A DNA stretch of 47,825 bases from Candidatus Limnocylindrales bacterium (GCA_038252055.1 JBBSAS010000001.1:1-47825), one strand, 5' to 3'. Shown: positions 1 to 8,867, counted from the first letter of the stretch. The notes: generated by a model from the letters alone, not told the origin. Made by a program: numbers and translations.

Positions 1-2154
1 CGTCCGCCGCAGCGCGGCGAGCCCGAGATCGCGGGCCGCGGCGGCGACCGCGGGGGCCAGGTCGTAGTAGCGGTTCGAGACGTGAACGGCCAGGAGCCCG
101 TCGGGTGCCACGGTCCGCATCGCGTCGCGGAGCGCCTCGATCGTCAGGAGGTGGACGGGGATCGCGTCCGAGCTGAAGGCGTCAAGGACGAGGAGGTCGT
201 GGGCGTCGTCACGCACCCGCGCCAGCTCCAATCGACCGTCGCCGAGCACGATCTCCGGCGGAGCCGACGCGTCGCGCAGGTACGTGAAGAACGCGGGGTC
301 CTGGGCCACGCGCGCGACGACCGGGTCGATCTCGACGTAGGTCCAGGCGTCGCCGGGCTTCGCGTAGGCCGCCAGGCTGCCGGCTCCCAGCCCGACGATC
401 CCGACGGTCCGGCCCTGGCCCGCGGTGGCCGACCGGGCCCGGAGCAGGCGGAAGACGTCGCCGATCGGCCCGTCCTCGACGTAGTACGTCGCCGGACGGA
501 GGCGACGGGCCTCGTCGCGGTACTGGACGCCGTGGAGGGTGGTCCCGTTGAGGAGCTCCAGGCGCTCGCCGTCGGGCGAGGGAAGGACGACCGTCACGCC
601 GAAGAAGCTGCGATCGCGGAAGAGCGGTGTCGGGGGCAGGACGAGGACGGCCAGGACGAGCACGACGGCGGTGGCGCTCGCGAAGAAGCGCGGCACCCCG
701 CCGACGAGGAGGACGAGGCCGCCGACGAGCAGCCAGCGGCCGCCCGCCTCGAGCGCCAGCGATCCCTGTCCGACCAGCAGCGCCAGCAGGAGGGTCGCGA
801 CCGCAAGGTAGGGAAGAATGCGGCCGCGTGCCCCGGCGAGGAACGGGCCGAAGTCGACGCCCCGGCGCGTTGATCGGCCTCCGAAGGTCGCCGGGCGAGC
901 CGTCTGCGCCGATCCCGGGAGGGTGAGGGCGAGCGCCGCGACGGCCATGCCGACGAGCAGCGGGTATTCCCAGACGTCGGGGAAGACGAGCGGAGCGACG
1001 AGGGCCACGAATCCGCCGGCCACGACGCCGGCCGCGGCGAGGACGAGGTAGAACTCCGTCAGGTGGCGGGCCGAGGGCCGATCAGCGGCGAGGCGTCCGT
1101 GCAGGGCCGTCGCCACGACGAGGTATCCGCCGAGCTCGACCCCGACGAGGGCGGCCAGCGGCCAGATCCCGCCCGATCCCAGGGGGACCCAGAGGAGCGT
1201 GGCCGCCGCGGGCGCCGCGATCGTCGCCCAGCGGACCAGCCTGCTGCCACGGCCGGAGAAGGCGATCACGAAGGAGCCGAGGTAGATCGCGAGGGGCCCG
1301 ATCCACAGGAGTGGCGCGCTCACGAGGTCGGTCGCGATGAACGTCGTCACGGCGGTCAGGAGGCCCGTGGGGATCGCCGCGAGGGTGAACCAGCGCAGGC
1401 GTCGGCGGGCGTCGATCCGCTCGACCGGCGCGGTGTCGAGCGTCTCGTCCCGCTCTGCGCCGTCGCCCGCACCCGTCACGTCCATGCGTACGGGGACGAC
1501 CGCCCACACGCGCCAGGCCCCGAGCGTCACGACCGCGACGAAGAGGCCGACTCCCGCGGTCCAGGTGGCCCGCTGGGCGGCGAGGCCGAGCGCCGGCTCG
1601 ATGAGGAGCGGGTAGGCGAGCAGTGCAGCCAGCGACGCCCCGTTGCTGAGGGCGTAGAGCCAGTACGGATCGACCGCACCCGGCGTCTCCGCGTCGCGGA
1701 CCGTCGCGTACCACGCCGAGAGGAGGGGAGTCGTGGCGGTGAGGAGGAACGCCGCCGGGCCCACGGCGATCGCGAGGATCAGGAGGAGATTGAGAGCCGG
1801 GTCGATCGCGGGATCGCGGAGGTTCGACCAGTCGGCTGGCGCGGCGAGGAGGAGCGTGAACGCGGCGACGGCGACGCCGACGTGGAAGATCGATCCCCGT
1901 CGCAGGCCCAGTCGGGTCACCGAGAGGTGGCCGTATAGGTAGCCGAGGAGGAGGACCGCCTGGAAGAACGCCAGGACGGTCGCCCATGCGGCCGGGACGC
2001 CGCCGAAGACGGGCAGGGCGAGGCGTCCCACCAGCGGCTCGACGGAGAAGAGGAGGAACGCGGACAGGCCGATGCCGGTCCCGTAGATCGCGAGCGTGGC
2101 GAGACGTGGGCGCTCGGCATCCCGGGCAGGTGCGGCCGTCACGGCGAGGTCCAT
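1..2154 (-). CDS. fused polytopic membrane / spermidine-synthase-like protein (C-terminus beyond left edge)
   Basis: Absent from the ORF track because it runs off the window. The reverse frame is open from ATG at 2154 to position 1. N-terminal half is hydrophobic (MDLAVTAAPARDAERPRLATLAIYGTGIGLSAFLLFSVEPLVGRLALPVFGG...). The distal part reads ...DDAHDLLVLDAFSSDAIPVHLLTIEALRDAMRTVAPDGLLAVHVSNRYYDL, typical of spermidine-synthase-like methyltransferase folds fused to membrane domains. Confidence 0.7.
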   Translation of the reverse strand, partial: MDLAVTAAPARDAERPRLATLAIYGTGIGLSAFLLFSVEPLVGRLALPVFGGVPAAWATVLAFFQAVLLLGYLYGHLSVTRLGLRRGSIFHVGVAVAAFTLLLAAPADWSNLRDPAIDPALNLLLILAIAVGPAAFLLTATTPLLSAWYATVRDAETPGAVDPYWLYALSNGASLAALLAYPLLIEPALGLAAQRATWTAGVGLFVAVVTLGAWRVWAVVPVRMDVTGAGDGAERDETLDTAPVERIDARRRLRWFTLAAIPTGLLTAVTTFIATDLVSAPLLWIGPLAIYLGSFVIAFSGRGSRLVRWATIAAPAAATLLWVPLGSGGIWPLAALVGVELGGYLVVATALHGRLAADRPSARHLTEFYLVLAAAGVVAGGFVALVAPLVFPDVWEYPLLVGMAVAALALTLPGSAQTARPATFGGRSTRRGVDFGPFLAGARGRILPYLAVATLLLALLVGQGSLALEAGGRWLLVGGLVLLVGGVPRFFASATAVVLVLAVLVLPPTPLFRDRSFFGVTVVLPSPDGERLELLNGTTLHGVQYRDEARRLRPATYYVEDGPIGDVFRLLRARSATAGQGRTVGIVGLGAGSLAAYAKPGDAWTYVEIDPVVARVAQDPAFFTYLRDASAPPEIVLGDGRLELARVRDDAHDLLVLDAFSSDAIPVHLLTIEALRDAMRTVAPDGLLAVHVSNRYYDLAPAVAAAARDLGLAALRRT

Positions 2155-2184
2155 CCGCACATGGTCCGGCCGCACGGACGCCCG

Positions 2185-3111
2185 TCAAGCGGGACGATCG
2201 GCCCCTCTCGGCTCAGCTGTTCCCGCCGCCATCGGCGTGTCGGCTGGCCTGTCCCCCGGCGTGTCGGCTGGCCTGTCCCCCGGCGCGTCGCCGGTGACGA
2301 TCGGCATCCCCGCCCGGCTCCAGTCGGAGTACGAGCCCGGGTAGAGGAGGGGATCGGGGAGCCCGGCGGCCCGCATCGCGAGGGCGAGCTGGCAGGCGTT
2401 GACGCCGCTCCCGCAGGCGACCACGGTCGGGCGACCCGCGGCGACGCCCAGCGTTCGTAACCGTGTCGCCAGGGCGTCGGACGGCAGGAAGCGCCCGCCG
2501 GGCTCGAGGAACGTGCCGGTCGAGGCGCTGATCGCGGTCGGGATGTGGCCGGGGACGCGGTCGATCGGCTCGACCTCGCCGCGATAGCGCTCCGGCGCCC
2601 GGGCGTCGAGGAGGGTCACGGTCCCGAGGCGCGGCGCCAGCTCCTCGCGCGCGATGGTGCGGGGCCACGCCGCCGGGAGGCCGGGCCAGGACGCCGCGGG
2701 CGGGTACGCCGGCACCGCGGCGGTGACCGGCAGGGCGGCATCCTGCCAGGCACCGATCCCCCCGTCGAGAACGGCAGCCCGCGAATGACCGAGGACGTCG
2801 AGCATCCACCAGAGGCGGGCGGCGACCGTTCCCCCGGCGTCGTCGTAGGCGACGACCAGGTGGTCGCGGCCGATGCCGAGCGCGCCGAGCGCGGCCGCGA
2901 ATCGGCCGGGATCGGGGAGGGGATGCCGTCCCGGCCCGATGGGTGTCGTCAGGACGGTCTCGAGATCGACGAAGACGGCACCCGGGAGGTGGGCCTCGGA
3001 GTAGGCGGCCCGCCCGGCCGCCGGCGCCGCAAGCGACCAGCGCACGTCGGCGACCCGAAGGTCGGGGTCGTGCAGGTGGGCAGCCAGGTCGGCCGCGGAG
3101 ATCAGGCTCAT
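2185..3111 (-). CDS. sseA: 3-mercaptopyruvate/thiosulfate sulfurtransferase (tandem rhodanese domains)
   Basis: ORF 2185..3153. The internal ATG at 3111 (MSLISAADLAAHL...) fits family N-termini. Active-site loop is VVACGSGVNAC (CG[ST]GV type). The C-terminal tail carries a duplicated PGDRPADT. Confidence 0.85.
   Translation of the reverse strand: MSLISAADLAAHLHDPDLRVADVRWSLAAPAAGRAAYSEAHLPGAVFVDLETVLTTPIGPGRHPLPDPGRFAAALGALGIGRDHLVVAYDDAGGTVAARLWWMLDVLGHSRAAVLDGGIGAWQDAALPVTAAVPAYPPAASWPGLPAAWPRTIAREELAPRLGTVTLLDARAPERYRGEVEPIDRVPGHIPTAISASTGTFLEPGGRFLPSDALATRLRTLGVAAGRPTVVACGSGVNACQLALAMRAAGLPDPLLYPGSYSDWSRAGMPIVTGDAPGDRPADTPGDRPADTPMAAGTAEPRGADRPA
2236..2283 (-). repeat. perfect tandem duplication, 2 x 24 bp (GTGTCGGCTGGCCTGTCCCCCGGC), inside the sseA 3' tail
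   Basis: Read directly. It encodes PGDRPADT twice in the low-complexity C-terminal extension. Confidence 0.9.
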
Positions 3112-3259
3112 CGGCCGAGTATCGCATCGTCCGTTGACGAGGTTCCGGGGCACCTGGTCGGCCCCGGGCGGCGCCGCGTCCGGAACGCATGCTATTCTTC
3201 GGCCCGACGCGGCCCCGGCCGCGCGACGCGCTCCGCCCCGTGGCGGAGGGCGCCCTCGC

Positions 3260-3334
3260 TCCGGCGTAGCTCAGTGGTAGAGCGGGCGACTGTTAATCGC
3301 TTGGTCGTAGGTTCGAATCCTACCGCCGGAGCCA
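3260..3334 (+). tRNA. tRNA-Asn (anticodon GTT), CCA encoded
   Basis: Manual cloverleaf: acceptor TCCGGCG/CGCCGGA, D arm GCTC-AGTGGTA-GAGC, anticodon arm GGCGA-CTGTTAA-TCGCT, variable TGGTC, T arm GTAGG-TTCGAAT-CCTAC, discriminator G, CCA. Confidence 0.93.
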
Positions 3335-3347
3335 CAATCTTGCCCGA

Positions 3348-3368
3348 ATGTTACGGATTACGTAACAT
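3348..3368 (+). promoter_or_regulatory. inverted repeat ATGTTACG-N5-CGTAACAT abutting the start of the short AbiEi-like gene (candidate operator)
   Basis: 8-bp perfect arms ending 1 nt before GTG 3369 and 6 nt before ATG 3375. AbiEi-type antitoxins are known to autoregulate through inverted repeats. Confidence 0.5.
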
Positions 3369-3374
3369 GTGCGC

Positions 3375-3881
3375 ATGTCATGGGAAGACCTTCTCGCCAC
3401 TGCTGTCGCTCAACGTGGCTACTTCACGAGTGCCCAGGCCGCCGAACAAGGCATCAGTCGCCGGGCGCTGACGTGGCGTGCCACGCACGGATCGGCCGAG
3501 CGGGCAGGGTACGGACTATATCGCCTCCCGCACTGGCCGATCGACCCGAACGACGACCTCTACGCACTCCAGGCGCGGGCGCCGTTTGGGACGTTCAGCC
3601 ACGACACGGCGCTGAGTCTCCTCGGGCTGTCCGACCTCATCCCCGCCGTCATCCACTTCACCATCCCAGAGGCGTCGCGCCTCCGCTCCCGACCTGGCAT
3701 CCGGCTCCATCGCTCGCGCCACCACGCCGGGACCGACCGGATCCTGCGTGACGGGCTGTGGGTCAGCACCGCTCGCCGGGCGCTGCTCGAGTCGGCCCGC
3801 AGCGGAGCTGATCCGGATCAGCTGCTCGCCGCCGCCCGGGAGGCCAAGGAGCGGGCGATGCTGACGTGCACACAAGACTGA
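3375..3881 (+). CDS. AbiEi_4-like antitoxin-domain protein (short, no adjacent toxin of its own)
   Basis: ORF 3369..3881. N-terminal wHTH-like MSWEDLLATAVAQRGYFTSAQAAEQGISRRALTWRATHGSAERAGYGLYRL, then FSHDTALSLLGL, as in AbiEi N-terminal domain proteins. Confidence 0.65.
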   Translation: MSWEDLLATAVAQRGYFTSAQAAEQGISRRALTWRATHGSAERAGYGLYRLPHWPIDPNDDLYALQARAPFGTFSHDTALSLLGLSDLIPAVIHFTIPEASRLRSRPGIRLHRSRHHAGTDRILRDGLWVSTARRALLESARSGADPDQLLAAAREAKERAMLTCTQD

Positions 3882-3901
3882 AGTCGGGTGAAACTAGCTT
3901 G

Positions 3902-3930
3902 CCTATCGTATCTCGTGGCGATACGATAGG
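3902..3930 (+). promoter_or_regulatory. inverted repeat CCTATCGTATC-N7-GATACGATAGG overlapping the RBS of abiEi (candidate operator)
   Basis: 11-bp perfect arms. The right arm overlaps AGGAG just upstream of ATG 3934. Confidence 0.55.
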
Positions 3931-3933
3931 AGC

Positions 3934-4719
3934 ATGAGTTTCACGCCGGACTGGGTCGACGCGCTCGCTTTCCGCGGTCGGTTCGTGTTCACGCTGGATG
4001 ATGCCGCGAAGGTTGCGGGCACGACGCCGGCCGCGGCCAAGCTCTCGATCCACCGGGCAGCGAGCGACGGGGCGCTGTTCTCGCCCGCCCGCGGGCTGTG
4101 GGTCATCGTGCCCGTCGAGTACCGCGCCGAAGGAGTCCCGCCCTGGCGCAGCTTCCTCGATCCCATGCTCCGGCGCGAGCGGCGGGCCTACTACGTCGGG
4201 CTCCTGACGGCCGCAGCCGAGCACGGCGCGTCCGGTCAGGCGGCGCAGGAAGTCCAGGTCGTCGTGGACCGGCCCCGCGCCACGATCGAGGCCGGCCGGA
4301 TGCGGATTGCGTTCATCACACGCCGCGACGCGGCACGTGCCCCGGTCCGGGAGACGGTCGCCACCACGGGGCGGATCCCCATATCCACACCCGCGATGAC
4401 AGCACTCGACCTCGTGGCGTACCCCCGCCGCGCCGGCGGGTGGGGGAATGTCGTCTCGGTGCTCGCCGACTTGCGCGACGAGATCACGCCCAACGACATG
4501 GGCGCCGTGGTCGCGATGCCGTCGGCCACATCGGGCGCGCAGCGTCTCGGGTTTCTGCTCGAGCGCCTCGGCACATCACCCGACGTCACGGCGCCGCTCA
4601 CCGCTTGCCTCGAAGCGAGGTCCACGACGTTCGTTCCCCTCGACCCCGCGGCGGAGCGGACCGGCACGCGGGACTCCCGCTGGCGCGTGATCGAGAACGT
4701 CGAGGTCGAACCCGACTGA
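3934..4719 (+). CDS. abiEi: type IV toxin-antitoxin system antitoxin, AbiEi family
   Basis: 261 aa, the size and architecture of full-length AbiEi. Its stop overlaps the next start (TGATG at 4717-4721). Confidence 0.75.
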   Translation: MSFTPDWVDALAFRGRFVFTLDDAAKVAGTTPAAAKLSIHRAASDGALFSPARGLWVIVPVEYRAEGVPPWRSFLDPMLRRERRAYYVGLLTAAAEHGASGQAAQEVQVVVDRPRATIEAGRMRIAFITRRDAARAPVRETVATTGRIPISTPAMTALDLVAYPRRAGGWGNVVSVLADLRDEITPNDMGAVVAMPSATSGAQRLGFLLERLGTSPDVTAPLTACLEARSTTFVPLDPAAERTGTRDSRWRVIENVEVEPD

Positions 4720-5504
4720 TGATCCCTCGCAGCGATGTGCTGGCGTGGCGCTCGGTCGCGCCCTGGGCCGATGAGAACGACGTTGAGCAGGACCTGATCA
4801 TCACGCGGGCCGTGTTCGACATCTTCGAGGATCCGTGGCTCGCGGAGCGGCTCGCGTTCCGGGGCGGGACGGCGCTTCACCGTCTCTATCTCGCGCCGCC
4901 AGCCCGGTACTCGGAAGACATCGACCTCGTGCAGCGGATCCCGGAGGGTATCGGACCGACATTCGACCGGCTGCGCGAGCGGCTTGGCTGGATCGGCAGG
5001 ACGCGCCCGGACATCGGGCGCCAGCCGAAGATGAACTTCCACTTCGAGGCCGGCACGGGGAGCTCATCGCCAGCAAAGCGCAAGCTCAAGGTCGAGATCA
5101 ACAGCACCGAACACTTCGGCACGGTCGAGCCGGTCGAGTACCGCATCGAGCACGAGGTCCTCACCCGAACCTGCGCGATCCCGACGTACAGCCTCGAAGA
5201 GCTCCTGGGCACCAAGGTCCGCGCGCTGTACCAGCGCAAGAAGGGACGCGACCTGTTCGACCTGTGGTGGGCGAACACGCATCGCGAGCTCGACCTTGAC
5301 CGGGTGGCCGCCTACTTCCGGCGGTACATGGACCGGGAGGGGAGCAACATGCCCTCGGCGACGCAGATGCGCGCGAACCTCGATGCGAAGGCCGCGGCTG
5401 GCGTGTTCGAGGAGGTCCGCCCGCTCCTGTGGACCGACGTCGCCTACGACGCGGCCGAAGCACTGGCGTGGTTCGAGGAGTTCTTCCTCCCCTTCCTTGA
5501 GTAG
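4719..5504 (+). CDS. abiEii: nucleotidyltransferase toxin, AbiEii/AbiGii family
   Basis: MIPRSDVLAWR... with the NTase signature FRGGTALHRLYLAPPARYSEDIDLV. Translationally coupled to abiEi. Confidence 0.8.
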   Translation: MIPRSDVLAWRSVAPWADENDVEQDLIITRAVFDIFEDPWLAERLAFRGGTALHRLYLAPPARYSEDIDLVQRIPEGIGPTFDRLRERLGWIGRTRPDIGRQPKMNFHFEAGTGSSSPAKRKLKVEINSTEHFGTVEPVEYRIEHEVLTRTCAIPTYSLEELLGTKVRALYQRKKGRDLFDLWWANTHRELDLDRVAAYFRRYMDREGSNMPSATQMRANLDAKAAAGVFEEVRPLLWTDVAYDAAEALAWFEEFFLPFLE

Positions 5505-5527
5505 CGGGGCCGCGTTTTCGGGAGCGC

Positions 5528-8026
5528 GTGTCGACTCGCCCTGTGGTGCTCGTGCATCACGCCGTGAACCAACGAGGTCACGCAGGCGAGCGCTGGGCAG
5601 ACGAAGATGCGCGCGTGGACGACGACGCACGCAACCTCACCGAGCTCCGGCGCGACCTCGAGTGCCTGCGTGCCGAGAACGAGAGGCTCCGGGGGCTGCT
5701 CGGCATGGAGTCGACCGACATGCTGCGGTCTGGGTCGGAATTGCGTCCCACGGGGGCACCTGCCGTCGCCTGGGAACCTCGGCTCTTTCACGACACGCCG
5801 CCAGTCGCGTCGCAACAGCTCATCGATGCACGTTCGTCATCCGAAGCGAAGATCACGCTCTTCCGGTCGCTGTTCGCCGGACGCGAGGACGTCTATGCCG
5901 TCAGGTGGGAGAACCGACGCACCGGGAAGACCGGCTGGAGCCCGGCCGTCGTCGGCGGGTGGGCTAACGCCCGGAATCCCGACCGCGAGCATCTGCCGCT
6001 CGGCGACGGAGTCCTCGAGGCGCACCTGACCGGCCAGGTGCACGTCGGCCTGTACCCGCTCCTCCGCGGCGACACCTGCCGGCTGCTCGCGTGCGATTTC
6101 GACGGCCCGACCTGGCCCCTCGATGCCGTCGCGTACGTCGATGCCGCGCGCGCCACGGGAATTCCGGTTGCCCTGGAGCGCTCGCGATCGGGCGATGGTG
6201 CGCACGCCTGGATGTTCTTCGGCGCTCCTGTTCAGGCATCTGCCGCCCGGCGAATCGGCGCGTACCTTCTCCGGGAGGCGATGACGGTCAGGGCCGAGCT
6301 CGACCTTGCCAGCTACGATCGGATCTTCCCGGCCCAGGACTTCATGCCCAACGGATCGTTCGGCAACTTGATCGCGCTGCCGCTGCAGGGTGCTTGCCGA
6401 AAGCGCGGCACGACGGTCTTCCTCGACCCGGCCACCCTCGGCCCCTACGAGGACCAGTGGGCGTTCCTCGCCTCGCTGGGCCGAAGCTCACCCGAGGCGA
6501 TCACCTCCTTCGCCGAGTCCGTCCGCCTCGTTCCGGCTGGCCCCGACGAGCGGACGTACCGGGCACCACGCGGCCGAACCGCGCCCAACCCGCCCGCGAC
6601 CATCGAGGCCGAAGCCGGCCCGATGCTCTCGATCGACCGGATCGGAATGCCGCCTGCGCTGCTGGCGGCGCTGAAGCACCTGGCCTCGCTCCATAACCCT
6701 GCCTACTACGAGAAGGAGCGGCTGCGTCTCTCGACCTGGAAGACGCCGCGCTTCATCCGCTGCTACGGCGAGACCATCGATCGCCTGCTCCTGCCGCGAG
6801 GACTGCGCGAGGCCGCCGACGCTGTCATCGCGGAGGCGGGAAGCCGGCTCGTGGTCCGGGACGAGCGTTCTCCCCTGTCGCCCATCGATGTCCGCCTGCA
6901 GGCGACCCTGCTCTCCGGCCAGCGTGCGGCGCTCGAAGCGCTCTGCCGTCACGAGCTCGGCGTCCTCGTGGCGCCGCCCGGCGCCGGGAAGACCGTGCTC
7001 GCCTGCGGCGTGATCGCGAGGCGCGCCGTGCCGACACTCGTGATCGTCGATCGCCAACCGCTTGTGGAGCAGTGGCGGGACCGCCTTTCGGCCCACCTGG
7101 GAATCGATCGCAAGCACGTCGGCGTCATCGGTGCGGGACGCCGTCGGCCGGGCGGAGTCATCGACATCGCCATGGTCCAGTCGCTGGCCCGGCGTGAGGA
7201 TCTCGCCGAGATGACCGCGGGGTACGGGTTCGTCGTCGTCGACGAGTGCCACCATGTGCCGGCGACGACATTCGAGCGGGTGGTCCGCCAGCTCGCGGCA
7301 CCCGCGTGGCTCGGCCTGACGGCGACTCCCTACCGGCGCGACGGCCTCGAAGGGCTCATCACGATGTACTGCGGCCCCATTCGGCATCGCATGGGGCCAT
7401 CCGCGCTGGAGTCGGAGGACTTCGAGCGAGCCCTCATGGTGCACCCGACCGCCCACGCCGGACTCGTGCCGCTGGACGACGACGTTCAGGCGGCCGGATC
7501 GGCCATCCAGTCGGTGTTCCGGGGCGTCGTCGAGGACGACGAGCGCACACGCCAGATCTGCACCGACATCGCCGCCGAGGTGCGCGCTGGGCGCAACTGC
7601 CTCGCCCTCTCGCAATGGACCGGGCACGTCGCGCGGCTCGTGGAGGGCCTGCAGGCGCTTGGTATGGAGCCGCTCGTGCTGCAGGGCGGAATGGGCAAGA
7701 AGGTCCGAAGTCATGTCATGGACGAGCTGGCGACGGTGCAGCCCGGGGGAGGCGTGATCCTTGTCGCGACCGGCAGCTTCCTCGGTGAGGGCTTCGACTG
7801 CCCGCCGCTCGACACGCTCTTCCTGGCGTTCCCGATCGCCTTCAAGGGTCGGCTCGTCCAGTACGTCGGCCGCATCCTCCGCCCGGTCGACGGCAAGACG
7901 CGCGTCGAGGTTCACGACTACGTCGACGCCCGCGTGCCCGTTCTCGCCCGGATGCACGCCCGGCGTCTCCCCGCATACGCGAGCCTCGGGTTCGACGTCC
8001 GTCCGAACCAGGTGGGTCGGCACTGA
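5528..8026 (+). CDS. archaeo-eukaryotic primase (PrimPol)-like domain fused to an SF2 DEAD/DEAH-type helicase
   Basis: AEP motifs: LLACDFDGP (DxD), RSRSGDGAHAWMFF (sGxGxH), ASYDRIFPAQD (hD). Helicase motifs: PPGAGKTVLA (I), VVVDECHHV (II), LGLTATPYR (III), VQYVGRILR (VI). Starts 23 nt after the abiEii stop on the same strand. Confidence 0.8.
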   Translation: MSTRPVVLVHHAVNQRGHAGERWADEDARVDDDARNLTELRRDLECLRAENERLRGLLGMESTDMLRSGSELRPTGAPAVAWEPRLFHDTPPVASQQLIDARSSSEAKITLFRSLFAGREDVYAVRWENRRTGKTGWSPAVVGGWANARNPDREHLPLGDGVLEAHLTGQVHVGLYPLLRGDTCRLLACDFDGPTWPLDAVAYVDAARATGIPVALERSRSGDGAHAWMFFGAPVQASAARRIGAYLLREAMTVRAELDLASYDRIFPAQDFMPNGSFGNLIALPLQGACRKRGTTVFLDPATLGPYEDQWAFLASLGRSSPEAITSFAESVRLVPAGPDERTYRAPRGRTAPNPPATIEAEAGPMLSIDRIGMPPALLAALKHLASLHNPAYYEKERLRLSTWKTPRFIRCYGETIDRLLLPRGLREAADAVIAEAGSRLVVRDERSPLSPIDVRLQATLLSGQRAALEALCRHELGVLVAPPGAGKTVLACGVIARRAVPTLVIVDRQPLVEQWRDRLSAHLGIDRKHVGVIGAGRRRPGGVIDIAMVQSLARREDLAEMTAGYGFVVVDECHHVPATTFERVVRQLAAPAWLGLTATPYRRDGLEGLITMYCGPIRHRMGPSALESEDFERALMVHPTAHAGLVPLDDDVQAAGSAIQSVFRGVVEDDERTRQICTDIAAEVRAGRNCLALSQWTGHVARLVEGLQALGMEPLVLQGGMGKKVRSHVMDELATVQPGGGVILVATGSFLGEGFDCPPLDTLFLAFPIAFKGRLVQYVGRILRPVDGKTRVEVHDYVDARVPVLARMHARRLPAYASLGFDVRPNQVGRH

Positions 8027-8352
8027 TGAACCCGCGCTGGTCGGTGGGGAATGCCGCGCGCTGACCGACGGACATGATCTTGAGCGGGTGGCATCGCGGC
8101 CTCGCAGGCTTGGCTGTCCCGGCGTCGTCTCATGCTCTCCCGGCTACGAGCGCGGCCGAGGGCCTCGGCGCAGTCTCGGCATAGACGCTGAGACGGCGAG
8201 CGCCGCTGGACAACCAGCCTGCAGCTCTGGCACGCAAGCGGCGCGAGCTTCAGCCACGAGCGGGAACGGCGAGGGCGAACGAGCGTCAGCTCGCTCGTGG
8301 TCTCGCCTCGCGCAATCAGTAACCGGCCGGCACCCGCCCGCCGGAGCCACAT
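7918..8352 (-). CDS. small Arg-rich zinc-ribbon-like protein, paralogue copy 1 (CxxC...CxDC)
   Basis: ATG at 8352 gives MWLRRAGAGRLLIARGETTSEL...ACQSCRLVVQRRSPSQRLCRDCAEALGRARSRE. It aligns without gaps to the copy at 14879-15130, with mostly synonymous differences in the RSPxQRxCxDCA block. The 3' extent is doubtful because it runs 109 nt into the convergent helicase gene. Confidence 0.35.
   Translation of the reverse strand: MWLRRAGAGRLLIARGETTSELTLVRPRRSRSWLKLAPLACQSCRLVVQRRSPSQRLCRDCAEALGRARSRESMRRRRDSQACEAAMPPAQDHVRRSARGIPHRPARVHQCRPTWFGRTSNPRLAYAGRRRACIRARTGTRAST
8305..8350. repeat. 46-bp perfect direct repeat, copy 1 (GCCTCGCGCAATCAGTAACCGGCCGGCACCCGCCCGCCGGAGCCAC)
   Basis: Identical to 15083-15128, and the flanks diverge immediately. 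Its last 13 nt equal 3323-3335 (tRNA-Asn 3' end plus 1). Confidence 0.9.
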
Positions 8353-8867
8353 CCTGTCGTTGACTTCCAAAGGCTTGTAGCCCAGGCCGGGGTCACGATC
8401 CACACGACGACGCGCCCGCTCCGCGATGCGGATGTCGTTTCCCGTCGCGGCGTCCAGCTCACCGCGCCGGCCCGCACGATCGTCGGGTCCGGGACCTGAT
8501 CGAGGCCGCGGTCGCCGGGGAGCCGGCATGAGGTATACGTCGGCGCCGGCCTTCCGCCGGGCCCCGAGCGGCGCCTGGTCGCGATCAGCGGGGCCACGGG
8601 GCGGTCGCTGGTCCGTCTGCGCGAGGAGGTCGCCTTCGATCGGCTGCTCGGCCGCCTTGTGGCAACTGCCCCAGACCGCTGGCTGCTGAATCGAGCGCAC
8701 CGGCGCTCTCGACCGCGTCGGCGACGGCGCGGCAGTTCCTTCTCCAACGTGGGCTGGGGCGGCGCATCCACCGCGGGCCAATCCGCGCGCGACCGATCGG
8801 CGAATCGTCGTCCTCTCGACGTCGTCGTCGTTGGGATCCAGCGCTCGCCCTGGCCGCAGCCCGTGAC

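Noticed and set aside
3230-3250. Hairpin CTCCGCC-ccgt-GGCGGAG just upstream of tRNA-Asn, as a possible terminator.
   Set aside because: No U-tract, and no upstream same-strand gene to terminate. It lies in the divergent sseA/tRNA promoter region, and its function cannot be inferred.
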